This document shows, one piece after another, positions 21,538-30,565 of a stretch of 64,000 nucleotides of DNA. Every line of letters starts with the position of its first letter. Position 1 is the stretch's first letter. The DNA lies in NCBI RefSeq assembly GCF_038871235.1, contig NZ_JAVZIN010000004.1, positions 32,001 to 96,000 of the forward strand, written 5' to 3'. The stretch is from Candidatus Hadarchaeum sp. (GTDB lineage Archaea; Hadarchaeota; Hadarchaeia; Hadarchaeales; Hadarchaeaceae). The notes beneath the pieces are model-generated. The model saw only the letters and a list, made by a program, of their open reading frames with translations. It searched no databases and was not told where the DNA came from. Both the position numbers and the translations under genes were made by a program.

Positions 21538-22731
21538 ATGTATAGGGACATCTTTGAAGAGGAGCTGAGCAGGGACACGGTCTTTCGCGACCCCAGCAAG
21601 CTGATGCCGGAGTATGTGCCGCAGGTACTTGTTCATCGAGATGAGGAGTTTCGCCAGCTAACCAGATTTTTCAAACCAGTGCTTGAGAATAGATCGAGCC
21701 AGCGGGTTTTGGTTACCGGAAGCGTTGGGGTCGGCAAGACGGTCTTGACGCGGAGGTTCGGCGCGGAGCTTGAGAAGGCAGCGAGCAGCAGGGGCATGGC
21801 TCTGACCTATTTACACATCAACTGCCGCAAGGACAGAACCATTTACTCGGTGATCGCAAAGATCCTGCAGCACTTTAATCCTCGTTGGCCCTATCATGGT
21901 CTCGGTCCGGAGAAGCTTCTTAACGATGTAGTTACCTATCTCAACTCCCGTGATGCCTATCTCACAGTCACTCTTGACGAGCTCGATTTTTTCGTGCAGC
22001 AGAACGGCCCAAATCTCATTTATTCCCTGACGAGGACCGCGGAGGAATCAGGTGGTCCCAATCGCATAAGCCTCATTGCCATTGCGCGGGACAAAAGTTT
22101 TCTGAGATCTCTGGACGCAGCTACCCAGAGCACCTTCATGCACAATGTAATCTCACTCGACCGGTACAGTGCCTCTCAACTTAGAGACATCCTTACCAGC
22201 AGGATGAATGAGGCTTTCAAGCCAGGCGTGGTTGAGGAGGACACGATTGATTTGATAGCCGACATTGCTTCGAGATGGGGCGATGCCCGCTTTGCGCTGG
22301 AGTTACTCTGGCGCGCTGGCATGGCTGCGGACGCCGAAGGTGTGAAACAAGTTACTCCGGAGCACGCTCGGAAAGCCAAAGCAGAGGTCTACCCGGAGAT
22401 CAGGAGGGAGACCCTGCGAGATCTTCAGCTGCATGAGAAACTGACCCTGCTCGCGGTGGCCCGAAAGCTGGTTTTATCTAAACGAGCCTATGCATTCACC
22501 GGCGATGTTGAGAGGACCTACCGCGTGGTGTGTGAGGAATACCGAGAGGAAGCTAGGAGACACACTCAGTTCTGGGAGTATCTGCAGAGGCTCAGCGCTT
22601 TAGGCTTGGTGGACATGAAGCCCTCTGGGGTGGGGCAGCGTGGGCAAAGCCTCAAGATAAGCATTCAGGAAGTTCCTGCAGAGTGGTTGGAAAAAGAATT
22701 GGAAAAATTGATCAAAGGAAAGTCCACTTAA
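21538..22731 (+). CDS. cdc6: Orc1/Cdc6 replication initiator
   Basis: YVP..L.HR, Walker A GSVGVGKT, INC, LDELD, GDAR.AL, C-terminal winged helix. Confidence 0.93.
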   Translation: MYRDIFEEELSRDTVFRDPSKLMPEYVPQVLVHRDEEFRQLTRFFKPVLENRSSQRVLVTGSVGVGKTVLTRRFGAELEKAASSRGMALTYLHINCRKDRTIYSVIAKILQHFNPRWPYHGLGPEKLLNDVVTYLNSRDAYLTVTLDELDFFVQQNGPNLIYSLTRTAEESGGPNRISLIAIARDKSFLRSLDAATQSTFMHNVISLDRYSASQLRDILTSRMNEAFKPGVVEEDTIDLIADIASRWGDARFALELLWRAGMAADAEGVKQVTPEHARKAKAEVYPEIRRETLRDLQLHEKLTLLAVARKLVLSKRAYAFTGDVERTYRVVCEEYREEARRHTQFWEYLQRLSALGLVDMKPSGVGQRGQSLKISIQEVPAEWLEKELEKLIKGKST

Positions 22732-22769
22732 TTTCAAGCTTTTTATCATAAAATGTTAAGTTTGGTTTC

Positions 22770-22890
22770 GGGGTCGTGGGGTAGCTTGGTCTATCCTTCT
22801 GGCTTAAGGTCATTGTGCGACCTGCCGAACGGGGCTTAGACCAGAAGCGTAAAAGCCAGAGACCCGAGTTCGAATCTCGGCGACCCCACC
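22770..22890 (+). tRNA. tRNA-Pro(CGG) with two introns: 22806-22829 (position 33/34) and 22834-22853 (position 37/38)
   Basis: Acceptor stem GGGGTCG/CGACCCC, Pro-type D arm GGGTAGCTTGGTCTATCCT, anticodon stem CTGGC/GCCAG, T arm CCGAG-TTCGAAT-CTCGG; two BHB motifs; spliced loop TT-CGG-GA. Confidence 0.88.
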
Positions 22891-22891
22891 T

Positions 22892-23074
22892 TCATCTTTT
22901 CGAACGTTTGCGCTTTAACGGCCTAATGCGGTTCAGCTTCCGCAGCAGGAACCACAGCGTCACAGCGATGAGGATATAAGCCACGCCCTTGACCATGTTC
23001 CAAAGAAAGGTTTCGAAAAGGGCGGCCTGTACGCTAGTGGCCAAAACCAAGACCATCGGGCTAAGTTCCGGCAA
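22892..23074 (-). CDS. Small hypothetical membrane protein
   Basis: Hydrophobic segment followed by a basic tail; GGGGG SD-like element and TTTAAA upstream. Confidence 0.45.
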   Translation of the reverse strand: MPELSPMVLVLATSVQAALFETFLWNMVKGVAYILIAVTLWFLLRKLNRIRPLKRKRSKR

Positions 23075-23144
23075 TTAACCCCCAAAATTATTGGTCCATC
23101 GTTTTTAAATACCGATTCGAGCTTATTATCTGGGATGGATTAAA

Positions 23145-24182
23145 ATGAACGGCAGATTAATGGTGGCTGAGGATTTAACTGGGGCGATAGGCAACACGCC
23201 ATTAATTAAAATGAGTAAGATTCCAAAAAATTCCAAGGCACCAAATCTGGAGCTTTTCGGAAAGGCTGAGTTTATGAACCCCTCAGGCAGTCTCAAGGAT
23301 CGAATATTGTTCAAAATCCTGAGCAAGGCGATTGAAGAAGGCCAACTCAAAAAAGGCATGACTATTCTGGAGAGTACTACAGGTAACACCGGCATTGCCA
23401 CCTCCATGATGGGTGCATTATTGGGTTTTCCTGTGGTCATCGTAATGCCGGCAGGAATGAGTGAGGAAAGAAAAAAGACCATGAGAATTTATGGGGCCAA
23501 GGTTTTGGAGGTCCCTGGTGCTGAATCTGACGTTGATTTGGCTCTCAATAGGGCGAAGGAACTCATCAAGAAAAATCCTAGGAAATACTTTTTCGTGGAT
23601 CAGTTTAACAATCCTGAAAATGTTCGGGCCCACTATGAAACGACCGGGCCTGAGATTTGGGAGCAACTGGGCGGTAAGCTGGATGCTTTCGTAGCCACCG
23701 CCGGAACAGGGGGCACCATTACCGGGGTGGGAAAATATCTGAAGGAAAAGAACCCGAAGATCAAGATATATTTGGTCGAACCATCCGAATCTCCTGTCTT
23801 GTCAAAGCAGCGCTGGGGAACGCACCAAATTGAGGGTATCGGTGATGGTTTCATACCATCCATTTTGGACATCTCAGTACTTGATGGTGTCATTCTGGTC
23901 GACTCTAAAAATGCTATAGGGATGACGCGAAGACTTGCCCGGGAGGAAGGGCTGTTCGTTGGGATATCAAGCGGGGCCAATGTTAAGGCCTGTTTGAAGT
24001 TGCATAAAAGGCATCCGGAACTGAAGCGCATCGTTACCATGCTCAATGATCACGGCTATCGCTACTTCTCAACCGCCGTATTTGGTGAGGTCAAGATTGT
24101 TGAGATACCGAAGCGGCCGCATCCCATTGAGATTACTACCGAGCAGCGCAGGATTCTCTCTAAGCTAGAAGTTATCGAGTGA
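23145..24182 (+). CDS. cysK: Cysteine synthase family PLP enzyme
   Basis: IGNTPL, NPSGSLKDR, TTGNTG, GTGGT, HQIEGIG, GISSGA. Confidence 0.88.
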   Translation: MNGRLMVAEDLTGAIGNTPLIKMSKIPKNSKAPNLELFGKAEFMNPSGSLKDRILFKILSKAIEEGQLKKGMTILESTTGNTGIATSMMGALLGFPVVIVMPAGMSEERKKTMRIYGAKVLEVPGAESDVDLALNRAKELIKKNPRKYFFVDQFNNPENVRAHYETTGPEIWEQLGGKLDAFVATAGTGGTITGVGKYLKEKNPKIKIYLVEPSESPVLSKQRWGTHQIEGIGDGFIPSILDISVLDGVILVDSKNAIGMTRRLAREEGLFVGISSGANVKACLKLHKRHPELKRIVTMLNDHGYRYFSTAVFGEVKIVEIPKRPHPIEITTEQRRILSKLEVIE

Positions 24183-24275
24183 ATTTTTTTTGACTTTTTC
24201 CGGTGTAGATGATAATGTGTTGTTAGCAAGATACTTATTTAGCGGAGGTGCGCAGAGTTTAAAAAGGTGGTGATT

Positions 24276-24617
24276 ATGAAAGGTGGCAGACTCACTGAGT
24301 CTCTCAGGGTGTTTCTTGAGAAAGGTAGTGACTGGGAGAGAAAACCAACAACTCTGCCTGGAGTTTTCATCGTCAAGCTCCCCCCATATGGAAAATCGCC
24401 AACCAGGTTGGTGGTGGAGATAAACCCGATAGATTCCTCGGGCAAGCCTTCCAGAAGAAGAGGCTTTATCATTCGCAATTCTCAGGAGTTTATTAAAATC
24501 AGAGAGATGTTTACCGATGACAAGCTTGCTGATCTTCTCAGAGGCATAGATGAGGTTAACCCTCAGGGTCCGGAAAGGCCCAAACCTAAGCCCGCTGAAG
24601 AGGTCATCGAGATCTGA
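24276..24617 (+). CDS. Hypothetical protein, probably conserved in archaea
   Basis: SD GGTGA, protein-like sequence (DWERKPT..PGVFIVKLP, EINP...GKP..RRG), directly upstream of the helicase. Confidence 0.7.
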   Translation: MKGGRLTESLRVFLEKGSDWERKPTTLPGVFIVKLPPYGKSPTRLVVEINPIDSSGKPSRRRGFIIRNSQEFIKIREMFTDDKLADLLRGIDEVNPQGPERPKPKPAEEVIEI

Positions 24618-24624
24618 TCTCCCG

Positions 24625-26736
24625 ATGTCGGTAGTTAATCCTTTAGTCAGAGCCGAAGCTTTGGAGGAGCGAGCCTACCAACTCAAAATTGCCGAAGAAG
24701 CGGTAAAAAGAAACACCCTCGTTGTTCTTCCCACTGCCTTGGGAAAAACAGTTATAGCTGCGCTGGTGGCGTCTCATTTTCTCTATAATTACAGCCAACT
24801 GAAAGTTTTGGTGATGGCTCCCACTAGGCCGCTTGTCTTGCAACACCGCGACACTTTTCTGAGGCTTTTGAAACTCCGCCCGGATGATGTTCAGGTTCTT
24901 ACGGGCAAATATAAACCGAACTTTAGGCTTCAGGCGTGGCAGGGCAAATCAAGAATTTACTTTGCCACGCCCCAAGTTGTAGATAATGATCATAGCCTTG
25001 GCATGAGCCTCAAGGATTTCAGTCTTCTGATTTTTGACGAGTGCCACCGGGCTAGGAAGAACTATGCCTACACGCGGGTAGCCCAAGCCTATGTGGGCGA
25101 GGCCCCTTATCCTATTATTCTGGGACTTACCGCCAGCCCCGGGGCCGATCGGGAGAAGATCGAGGAGATCTGCAGGGCTCTTTACATAGAGCATGTCGAG
25201 GCTCGAACCGAGGAGGACGAGGATGTTAAACCTTACCTCAATCCCGTCGCCGTTGAATGGAAGCTAGTACATTTGCCGGAATCGCACCGAGCAATTGAAA
25301 GAAGCATCAGACATATGCTGGACGATCGCCTTCAGAGATTATCCGCCATGGGAGTGGTTAGAAAAAATCCAAGATATATATTCAGATCAGACCTGCTGAA
25401 GGCGGGGGAGGCTATCAGAAGCAGGTTGGAGCAGGTCTCGACCCCGGAAGAGCGGGGCCCGCTTTTCTCTGCTCTGGTCTTGCAGTCCTCCGCGCTGACT
25501 CTTTTCCACGCCTTGGAGCTCTTGGACAGCCAAGGGCCGCAGACTCTGAGACTTTTCTTGAACAGAGTAAAAAACAGCGGCAAGACGGGGCACAAGACAA
25601 TAGTTTCCGAACTCGTTTCTAATGGAATTTATCAGGTTCTTGAGTCCGGTAACCTTGAGGATCATCCCAAGGTGGAAGTTTTGGAGAAGCTAGTGTTGGA
25701 GCAACTCTCCTCTAACCCCTCTTCGAGGATAATCGTCTTCACCCAATATCGTGATACCTCAACTTACCTGGCGGCGAGATTGTCTAAGCTTGGTTTGACG
25801 GTGGTGAGATTTGTCGGACAGGCCGCTCGAGGTCAGGACCAAGGTTTGACTCAGGATCAGCAGTCCCTGCTGTTAGAGAGGTTCAGATCAGGGGACATCA
25901 AAGTCTTGGTGGCGACCAGTATCGGTGAAGAAGGACTGGATATACCGAGCGTTGATCTGGTGATTTTCTACGAGCCAGTTCCCAGCGAGATCAGATACAT
26001 TCAAAGAAAGGGGAGGACCGGCAGAAGGAGTTTTGGCAGGGTCGTCATCTTGGCGGCTGAGGGCACCCTTGACGTTAATTACTTGAGGGCCAGTAGAAAG
26101 ATGGCGGAAAGAATGAAACAGATGGTGAAAGGGTTGAACTCAGAACTTCATCCCATCATCCGTTTGGGGACACCACCGGAGAGGAACCCGCTTTCCCCCG
26201 AGTTTATATCCGAGGCGGAGGTCCCCCAGCCACTGGCGGAGACAGCTGTTGTTTCATCGTCCGAAGTGGAGCTGCTCGAGAAAGAGAGATTGTCAAGGTT
26301 CAATCGAGAAGTCAGGGAAACTGCCAAGCGGATCTTGGGTTCAGTTTTAATCGCTGGGAAGAGAGGACTGTCCTTTGAGGAGTTATACACCGAGCTTGAG
26401 GAAGAGGGGAGAAATCACGCCACTATTAGAGCAGCCGTTGATAAACTTCAGGCAGAGGGTCAGTTAAGGGAAAGGGAAGGAAGGTTGTACTCCATAGGTG
26501 CTGCGGCTGTGTCCCCGGGAACGGAGCGTCATGTTTTTGAGGTTTTGAAAGTGCAGCTGGGTGAAGCCATCCTGATTGTTGACGATCGCTTCCGTGCAGT
26601 TTTAACATCCGCGGATTATAATGGTCCCAGAGAGCTGCTTCGCAAGGGTAAAAGGTTCAGCGCAGTTTCAGAACTTTATGAACATGATGGAGTGCTTTAC
26701 GCCCGGATCTATGCCATTGAGGAGGCCCTAGCTTAA
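24625..26736 (+). CDS. Hef/FANCM-like SF2 DEAH helicase with no recognisable XPF nuclease domain
   Basis: LPTALGKT, DECHR, LTASPG, ATSIGEEGLDIP, QRKGRTGR; no ERKxxxD motif. Confidence 0.88.
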   Translation: MSVVNPLVRAEALEERAYQLKIAEEAVKRNTLVVLPTALGKTVIAALVASHFLYNYSQLKVLVMAPTRPLVLQHRDTFLRLLKLRPDDVQVLTGKYKPNFRLQAWQGKSRIYFATPQVVDNDHSLGMSLKDFSLLIFDECHRARKNYAYTRVAQAYVGEAPYPIILGLTASPGADREKIEEICRALYIEHVEARTEEDEDVKPYLNPVAVEWKLVHLPESHRAIERSIRHMLDDRLQRLSAMGVVRKNPRYIFRSDLLKAGEAIRSRLEQVSTPEERGPLFSALVLQSSALTLFHALELLDSQGPQTLRLFLNRVKNSGKTGHKTIVSELVSNGIYQVLESGNLEDHPKVEVLEKLVLEQLSSNPSSRIIVFTQYRDTSTYLAARLSKLGLTVVRFVGQAARGQDQGLTQDQQSLLLERFRSGDIKVLVATSIGEEGLDIPSVDLVIFYEPVPSEIRYIQRKGRTGRRSFGRVVILAAEGTLDVNYLRASRKMAERMKQMVKGLNSELHPIIRLGTPPERNPLSPEFISEAEVPQPLAETAVVSSSEVELLEKERLSRFNREVRETAKRILGSVLIAGKRGLSFEELYTELEEEGRNHATIRAAVDKLQAEGQLREREGRLYSIGAAAVSPGTERHVFEVLKVQLGEAILIVDDRFRAVLTSADYNGPRELLRKGKRFSAVSELYEHDGVLYARIYAIEEALA

Positions 26737-28112
26737 TCCAGATGCTCTTCGCTACCTGATTTTCTGATGATTCCTCTGGCCGCAAGTAACCCCGTGGCGG
26801 CGGCTGTGACGATTCCTCTTGAGAGACCGGCTCCGTCTCCTGCCACGAAAAGATTTGGAACGCTAGTTTCCATATTTTGGTCGACGTTTATCTGCATGGC
26901 GTAAAGCTTGACCTCAGGAGCGTAAAGCAATGTTGAGTCAGAGGCAACTCCCGGAACCACTTTATCTAGACGTTCAAGTCCCTCGATGATGTCGGTTACT
27001 ATTCTTCCGGGCAGGGCCATCGAGATGTCGCCGGGTGTGACGCTTTTGAGGGTCGGAACCACATGTCCTCTTTCAATCCTTTCCCAGGTCGAGCGTCTTC
27101 CTGCCCGAAGATCGCCCATGCGCTGGATTAATGGTCGCCCACCACCTATTGTGGTCGCGAGATAAGCGATGGACCTTCCATACGCGTTTGTATCGGTGAC
27201 CGGTTGGGTAAGTCCAACGTGAACTAAAAAGGCGAAATTGGTGTTTTTGGATTTTTTATTGCGCAACGATTGCCCATTTACTCCAACGTGATCGTCGTAG
27301 CGTTCTTCCATCACCCATCCTTCAGCATTTGTACAGAAAGTACGCACAAAATCGTCGAAAGTTTTTGTCTGGATGTGAAATTTGGGGTCTCTGTTTACCC
27401 GGACAACCGGCTCGTAGACAACTGCCGGCACTTCCACTCTGACGCCGATATCCACAGGGAGGTGGGTCAGTTTGACGCCTAGCGACTTTGCTTGTGCAGC
27501 GAACCAGTCGGCCCCGACCCTCCCGGGTGCAGCTAGAATGTAGTCAGTTTTTACTGTGGAACCGTTGATGATGACCTTACCCTGTCCGATACTTTCGACC
27601 TTTGTGTTCAGCATGATTTTGACTCCGCGCTTTTCGAGTTTTTGCCGGATGGAATTTATTACCTCAGGAAGATACTCACTGCCGATGTGCCTCTGCGGGA
27701 TTGGTATAAACCTAATTCCGGCGGCGGCTGCTTTTCTAGCCAGTTCATCGATCCCGGCCGTGTCCTGTCCGTAAACTTCCTTTGGGGCCCCATTCTCGAC
27801 AAAAATTTCGTCAACTTCTTTCACCAGTTCTTCGGCTTTTTCCACGCTTTTGGTGAACTTGCTCAGGTCTCCCCCGATGTCATATCTGAGGTTCAGAATG
27901 CCGCTCGACATTCCTCCAGCTCCGCCGAGTCCGGACATTATGTGACAGGGCACGCAACCGATACACTTGCCTGTCTTGGTTGCCGGACAATATCTCTTGG
28001 TTATGTCATTTCCCCAGTCAACTATAGTCACCGATAATTTTGATTTTCGAGATAGCTCGTAGGCGGCGAAAAGTCCCGCCGGACCGGCTCCAATTATAAG
28101 AACGTCGGTCGT
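26733..28112 (-). CDS. FAD-dependent oxidoreductase (COG2509-like) with a Cys cluster; start codon unresolved
   Basis: In-frame DVLIIGAGPAGLFAAYEL upstream of the ORF-track start; GLGGAG, DIGVRVE, RTFC, LYAPEVK, GDGAG.SRG. Confidence 0.85.
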   Translation of the reverse strand, partial: TTDVLIIGAGPAGLFAAYELSRKSKLSVTIVDWGNDITKRYCPATKTGKCIGCVPCHIMSGLGGAGGMSSGILNLRYDIGGDLSKFTKSVEKAEELVKEVDEIFVENGAPKEVYGQDTAGIDELARKAAAAGIRFIPIPQRHIGSEYLPEVINSIRQKLEKRGVKIMLNTKVESIGQGKVIINGSTVKTDYILAAPGRVGADWFAAQAKSLGVKLTHLPVDIGVRVEVPAVVYEPVVRVNRDPKFHIQTKTFDDFVRTFCTNAEGWVMEERYDDHVGVNGQSLRNKKSKNTNFAFLVHVGLTQPVTDTNAYGRSIAYLATTIGGGRPLIQRMGDLRAGRRSTWERIERGHVVPTLKSVTPGDISMALPGRIVTDIIEGLERLDKVVPGVASDSTLLYAPEVKLYAMQINVDQNMETSVPNLFVAGDGAGLSRGIVTAAATGLLAARGIIRKSGSEEHLD

Positions 28113-28171
28113 TTTATCCCCCGATGTTTAACTCTGCCATCTTATAAAAGCTTTTTTAGTCGGTTTTGCCC

Positions 28172-28945
28172 TCACTTGAGTGTTTTGATTTTTCCCAAGA
28201 AAGTTCCGTCAAGCAAGTAGGCCTCAGCCTCATCAAGCTTCACGGTACCAGAACGAAAGATAGGTCCGATCAGTTCCTTGGGCAATCTACGGTTCATGGC
28301 CGCGCCGCCGACGAGCTCGCTGAACGCAGGTACCACGATTAACTCCGGTAACTTTTGCTTGACCGATGGAATTAATTTTTTAGGTATTTTTTTTGGATTC
28401 AGTTTTGCCCGTAACCAGATGGGTTCGATTGACCTGCCGCCAAGCTCGTCTCGAAATTCTATTGCCGGATGATTGTGTCCAGCTATGATGAACTCTGTGT
28501 TGAAGAGTTCCGGCGCTGGCCAAGTATGGCCATGCACGAGGCCGACTCTTTTTCTTTTTCCCAAGACAATGCCGTGCGGATCGTGAATGGTGACTTCATG
28601 CGGCACCATGCCCTCCAGATCACCGTCGTGGTTTCCTTTGACAATATCGATTCTAGCCAGCCGAGCCAGATCTTCGAAAAGAGAGGGCAACTCTCGCCAC
28701 TCATGCCAAGTTGTTACCGGAATGTTATGTTTAACATCGCCCAAAATTATGAGTCGATTGGCTTTTTTCTCCTCGATGAGGGCAGTTAATCTCGCCTTCA
28801 ACCCAGGTATCTGACTGGGCAGGGAGATGCCTCTATCTGCCAGCTCGTGCTCGATTCCTATATGCAAGTCTGAAATCACGATTATCTTTTCCTCATTTAT
28901 TTTCAATATAAGAGCCGGCGTTCCATATATCGGAACGGCTTTCAT
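28172..28945 (-). CDS. Calcineurin-like metallophosphoesterase (COG1407-like)
   Basis: SDLHIG, GDVKH, GNHD, HGH, GHNHP, VPAF. Confidence 0.9.
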   Translation of the reverse strand: MKAVPIYGTPALILKINEEKIIVISDLHIGIEHELADRGISLPSQIPGLKARLTALIEEKKANRLIILGDVKHNIPVTTWHEWRELPSLFEDLARLARIDIVKGNHDGDLEGMVPHEVTIHDPHGIVLGKRKRVGLVHGHTWPAPELFNTEFIIAGHNHPAIEFRDELGGRSIEPIWLRAKLNPKKIPKKLIPSVKQKLPELIVVPAFSELVGGAAMNRRLPKELIGPIFRSGTVKLDEAEAYLLDGTFLGKIKTLK

Positions 28946-28987
28946 AAGAGTAAATTCGTCGACTAAAGTTATAGGTCTATTGGATAT

Positions 28988-30037
28988 TCAGAGCTTGAAC
29001 CTCAGGAATGCGGCAATTCCGCCCAGCGCCGTGAGCTGTTTTCCAGCATCGTGTTCCGTACTTATCACAATAACTTCGGACCTTGTTTTTCTGGCATTTT
29101 CAAGGATTTTTGAGATATCTTCTCGGTTTGATCTTAACAACTCGTCGGCAACTAGAAGCCTTTCGACCGCTCCGGCAGCGACCGCTCGCTCCACCTCATT
29201 CTTACCATAGGTTGCCAGTCCTTCCTTGGTAATCTCACCCATTAATCGGTCCATCAGCGAAGTCTCAAGTGAAAGCCGGTCTTCTTTTGATACAAGCTCG
29301 ACTAATCCTCGTCGTACTATTTCATAGAGTCCGGCGCTCCCGCCAGAGCTGGCGTCTCCAAGCCTAATGGTCTTAGATAGGTCGGGAAAGTTATCCCGCA
29401 AAAAAGATGTAAAATTATCCTTTGTGAATCCGGGCCCGGCCACTATTGTCGTTTTTATGTTTTCCTTGGAAGTAACGTCTTTAATGGCATCCGCTAAACG
29501 GTGGAAAAATTTTTTCTCATCGGCCTCGTACTCAACTAAGTATCTTTTCCCTGAGCGAGGACGCGATATAGTCCCGATTTCATCTAATCCGTACTGTCTC
29601 ACCACTGCTAGATCAGCAGTTGAGTCATCAAGAGCAACGAGCAAAACTCGAGGCCGGTTGCTAGCTCGAACCGCTTCCTGAATTCTTCGGAGGTCCTCAG
29701 GATTCCATTCCTTGGTGATGGTTAGAACCGAACCCGGTTCAAAACTGAAGGAATGGTGTTTTCCAACGTCAGGACCTTCCAGTATCTTCCCCAAAACGCG
29801 CAGGCGGTTGCTGTGCTTGTGAAATTCGATGTTCTCCGCTTGAATCGAGATGGTGATCGGTCTTTTTTCCATCCTTTCAGGACGGATTTTATCACTCATC
29901 TCTTGTTCTCTTCGCCAAGTGACGGCTGTGATAATATCACTTGGGCAGATTAAATGTTGCAGGTGCCATAGGTCGTCCAAAGTTTCCAATGCTAGCTTGA
30001 TTTTCCCGTGCTTCAAGTCCTTGTGGATGATTTTCAA
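28988..30037 (-). CDS. pelA: mRNA surveillance protein pelota
   Basis: DDLWHL, RLRVLG, AGPGFTK, L..LGGIAAFLRF. Confidence 0.93.
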   Translation of the reverse strand: MKIIHKDLKHGKIKLALETLDDLWHLQHLICPSDIITAVTWRREQEMSDKIRPERMEKRPITISIQAENIEFHKHSNRLRVLGKILEGPDVGKHHSFSFEPGSVLTITKEWNPEDLRRIQEAVRASNRPRVLLVALDDSTADLAVVRQYGLDEIGTISRPRSGKRYLVEYEADEKKFFHRLADAIKDVTSKENIKTTIVAGPGFTKDNFTSFLRDNFPDLSKTIRLGDASSGGSAGLYEIVRRGLVELVSKEDRLSLETSLMDRLMGEITKEGLATYGKNEVERAVAAGAVERLLVADELLRSNREDISKILENARKTRSEVIVISTEHDAGKQLTALGGIAAFLRFKL

Positions 30038-30109
30038 ATTTATCCCTCAGTATTTACCCGTTCCGCAAATGATTTTATGTCGGGTGGTTTAAACTTGGTG
30101 AGGGATGTT

Positions 30110-30565
30110 ATGGTCACCCAGCGATTAATAAATATCAGAGAGCTTAGGGCGGAGGACCTTAAAGCGATCATGTCAATTCAGTATAAGTGCTTTAAGGATC
30201 CCTACCCGGTTAGCCTTATAAAACGATTACACCTGATGCACCCTGATGGTTTTTTGGTAGTTGATCTAGGTGGAATTGTCGCTGGCTATTTAATTGGAGT
30301 CATCCGCTGGAGCAATATAGGCCACATCCTTGCCATAGCCGTCGATCCAGCCTTTCAAAGGCAAAGTTTAGGTACCTTGCTGATGAACAACATTATCGAG
30401 CGTTTCAGGAAAAAAGGTGTTAAATTAGTTCGGCTTGAGGTGAGGAAAAGCAACGTTGGGGCGCAGCAATTCTACAAAAAACTGGGTTTTTTGGAAAGAG
30501 GGGAAATGCCGTTTTACTATGAGGACGGCGAGTCGGCTATTGCGATGGAGCTATCCCTTGATTAG
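30110..30565 (+). CDS. rimI: RimI/Ard1-like N-acetyltransferase
   Basis: HILAIAVDP, LEVRKSN..A..FY..LGF, YYEDGE. Confidence 0.88.
   Translation: MVTQRLINIRELRAEDLKAIMSIQYKCFKDPYPVSLIKRLHLMHPDGFLVVDLGGIVAGYLIGVIRWSNIGHILAIAVDPAFQRQSLGTLLMNNIIERFRKKGVKLVRLEVRKSNVGAQQFYKKLGFLERGEMPFYYEDGESAIAMELSLD

Noticed and set aside
22804-22810. Apparent tRNA-Leu(AAG) or recoded tRNA
   Set aside because: The body is Pro-type, a single-intron reading gives no BHB helix, and the two-intron reading gives clean BHB motifs and a CGG anticodon.
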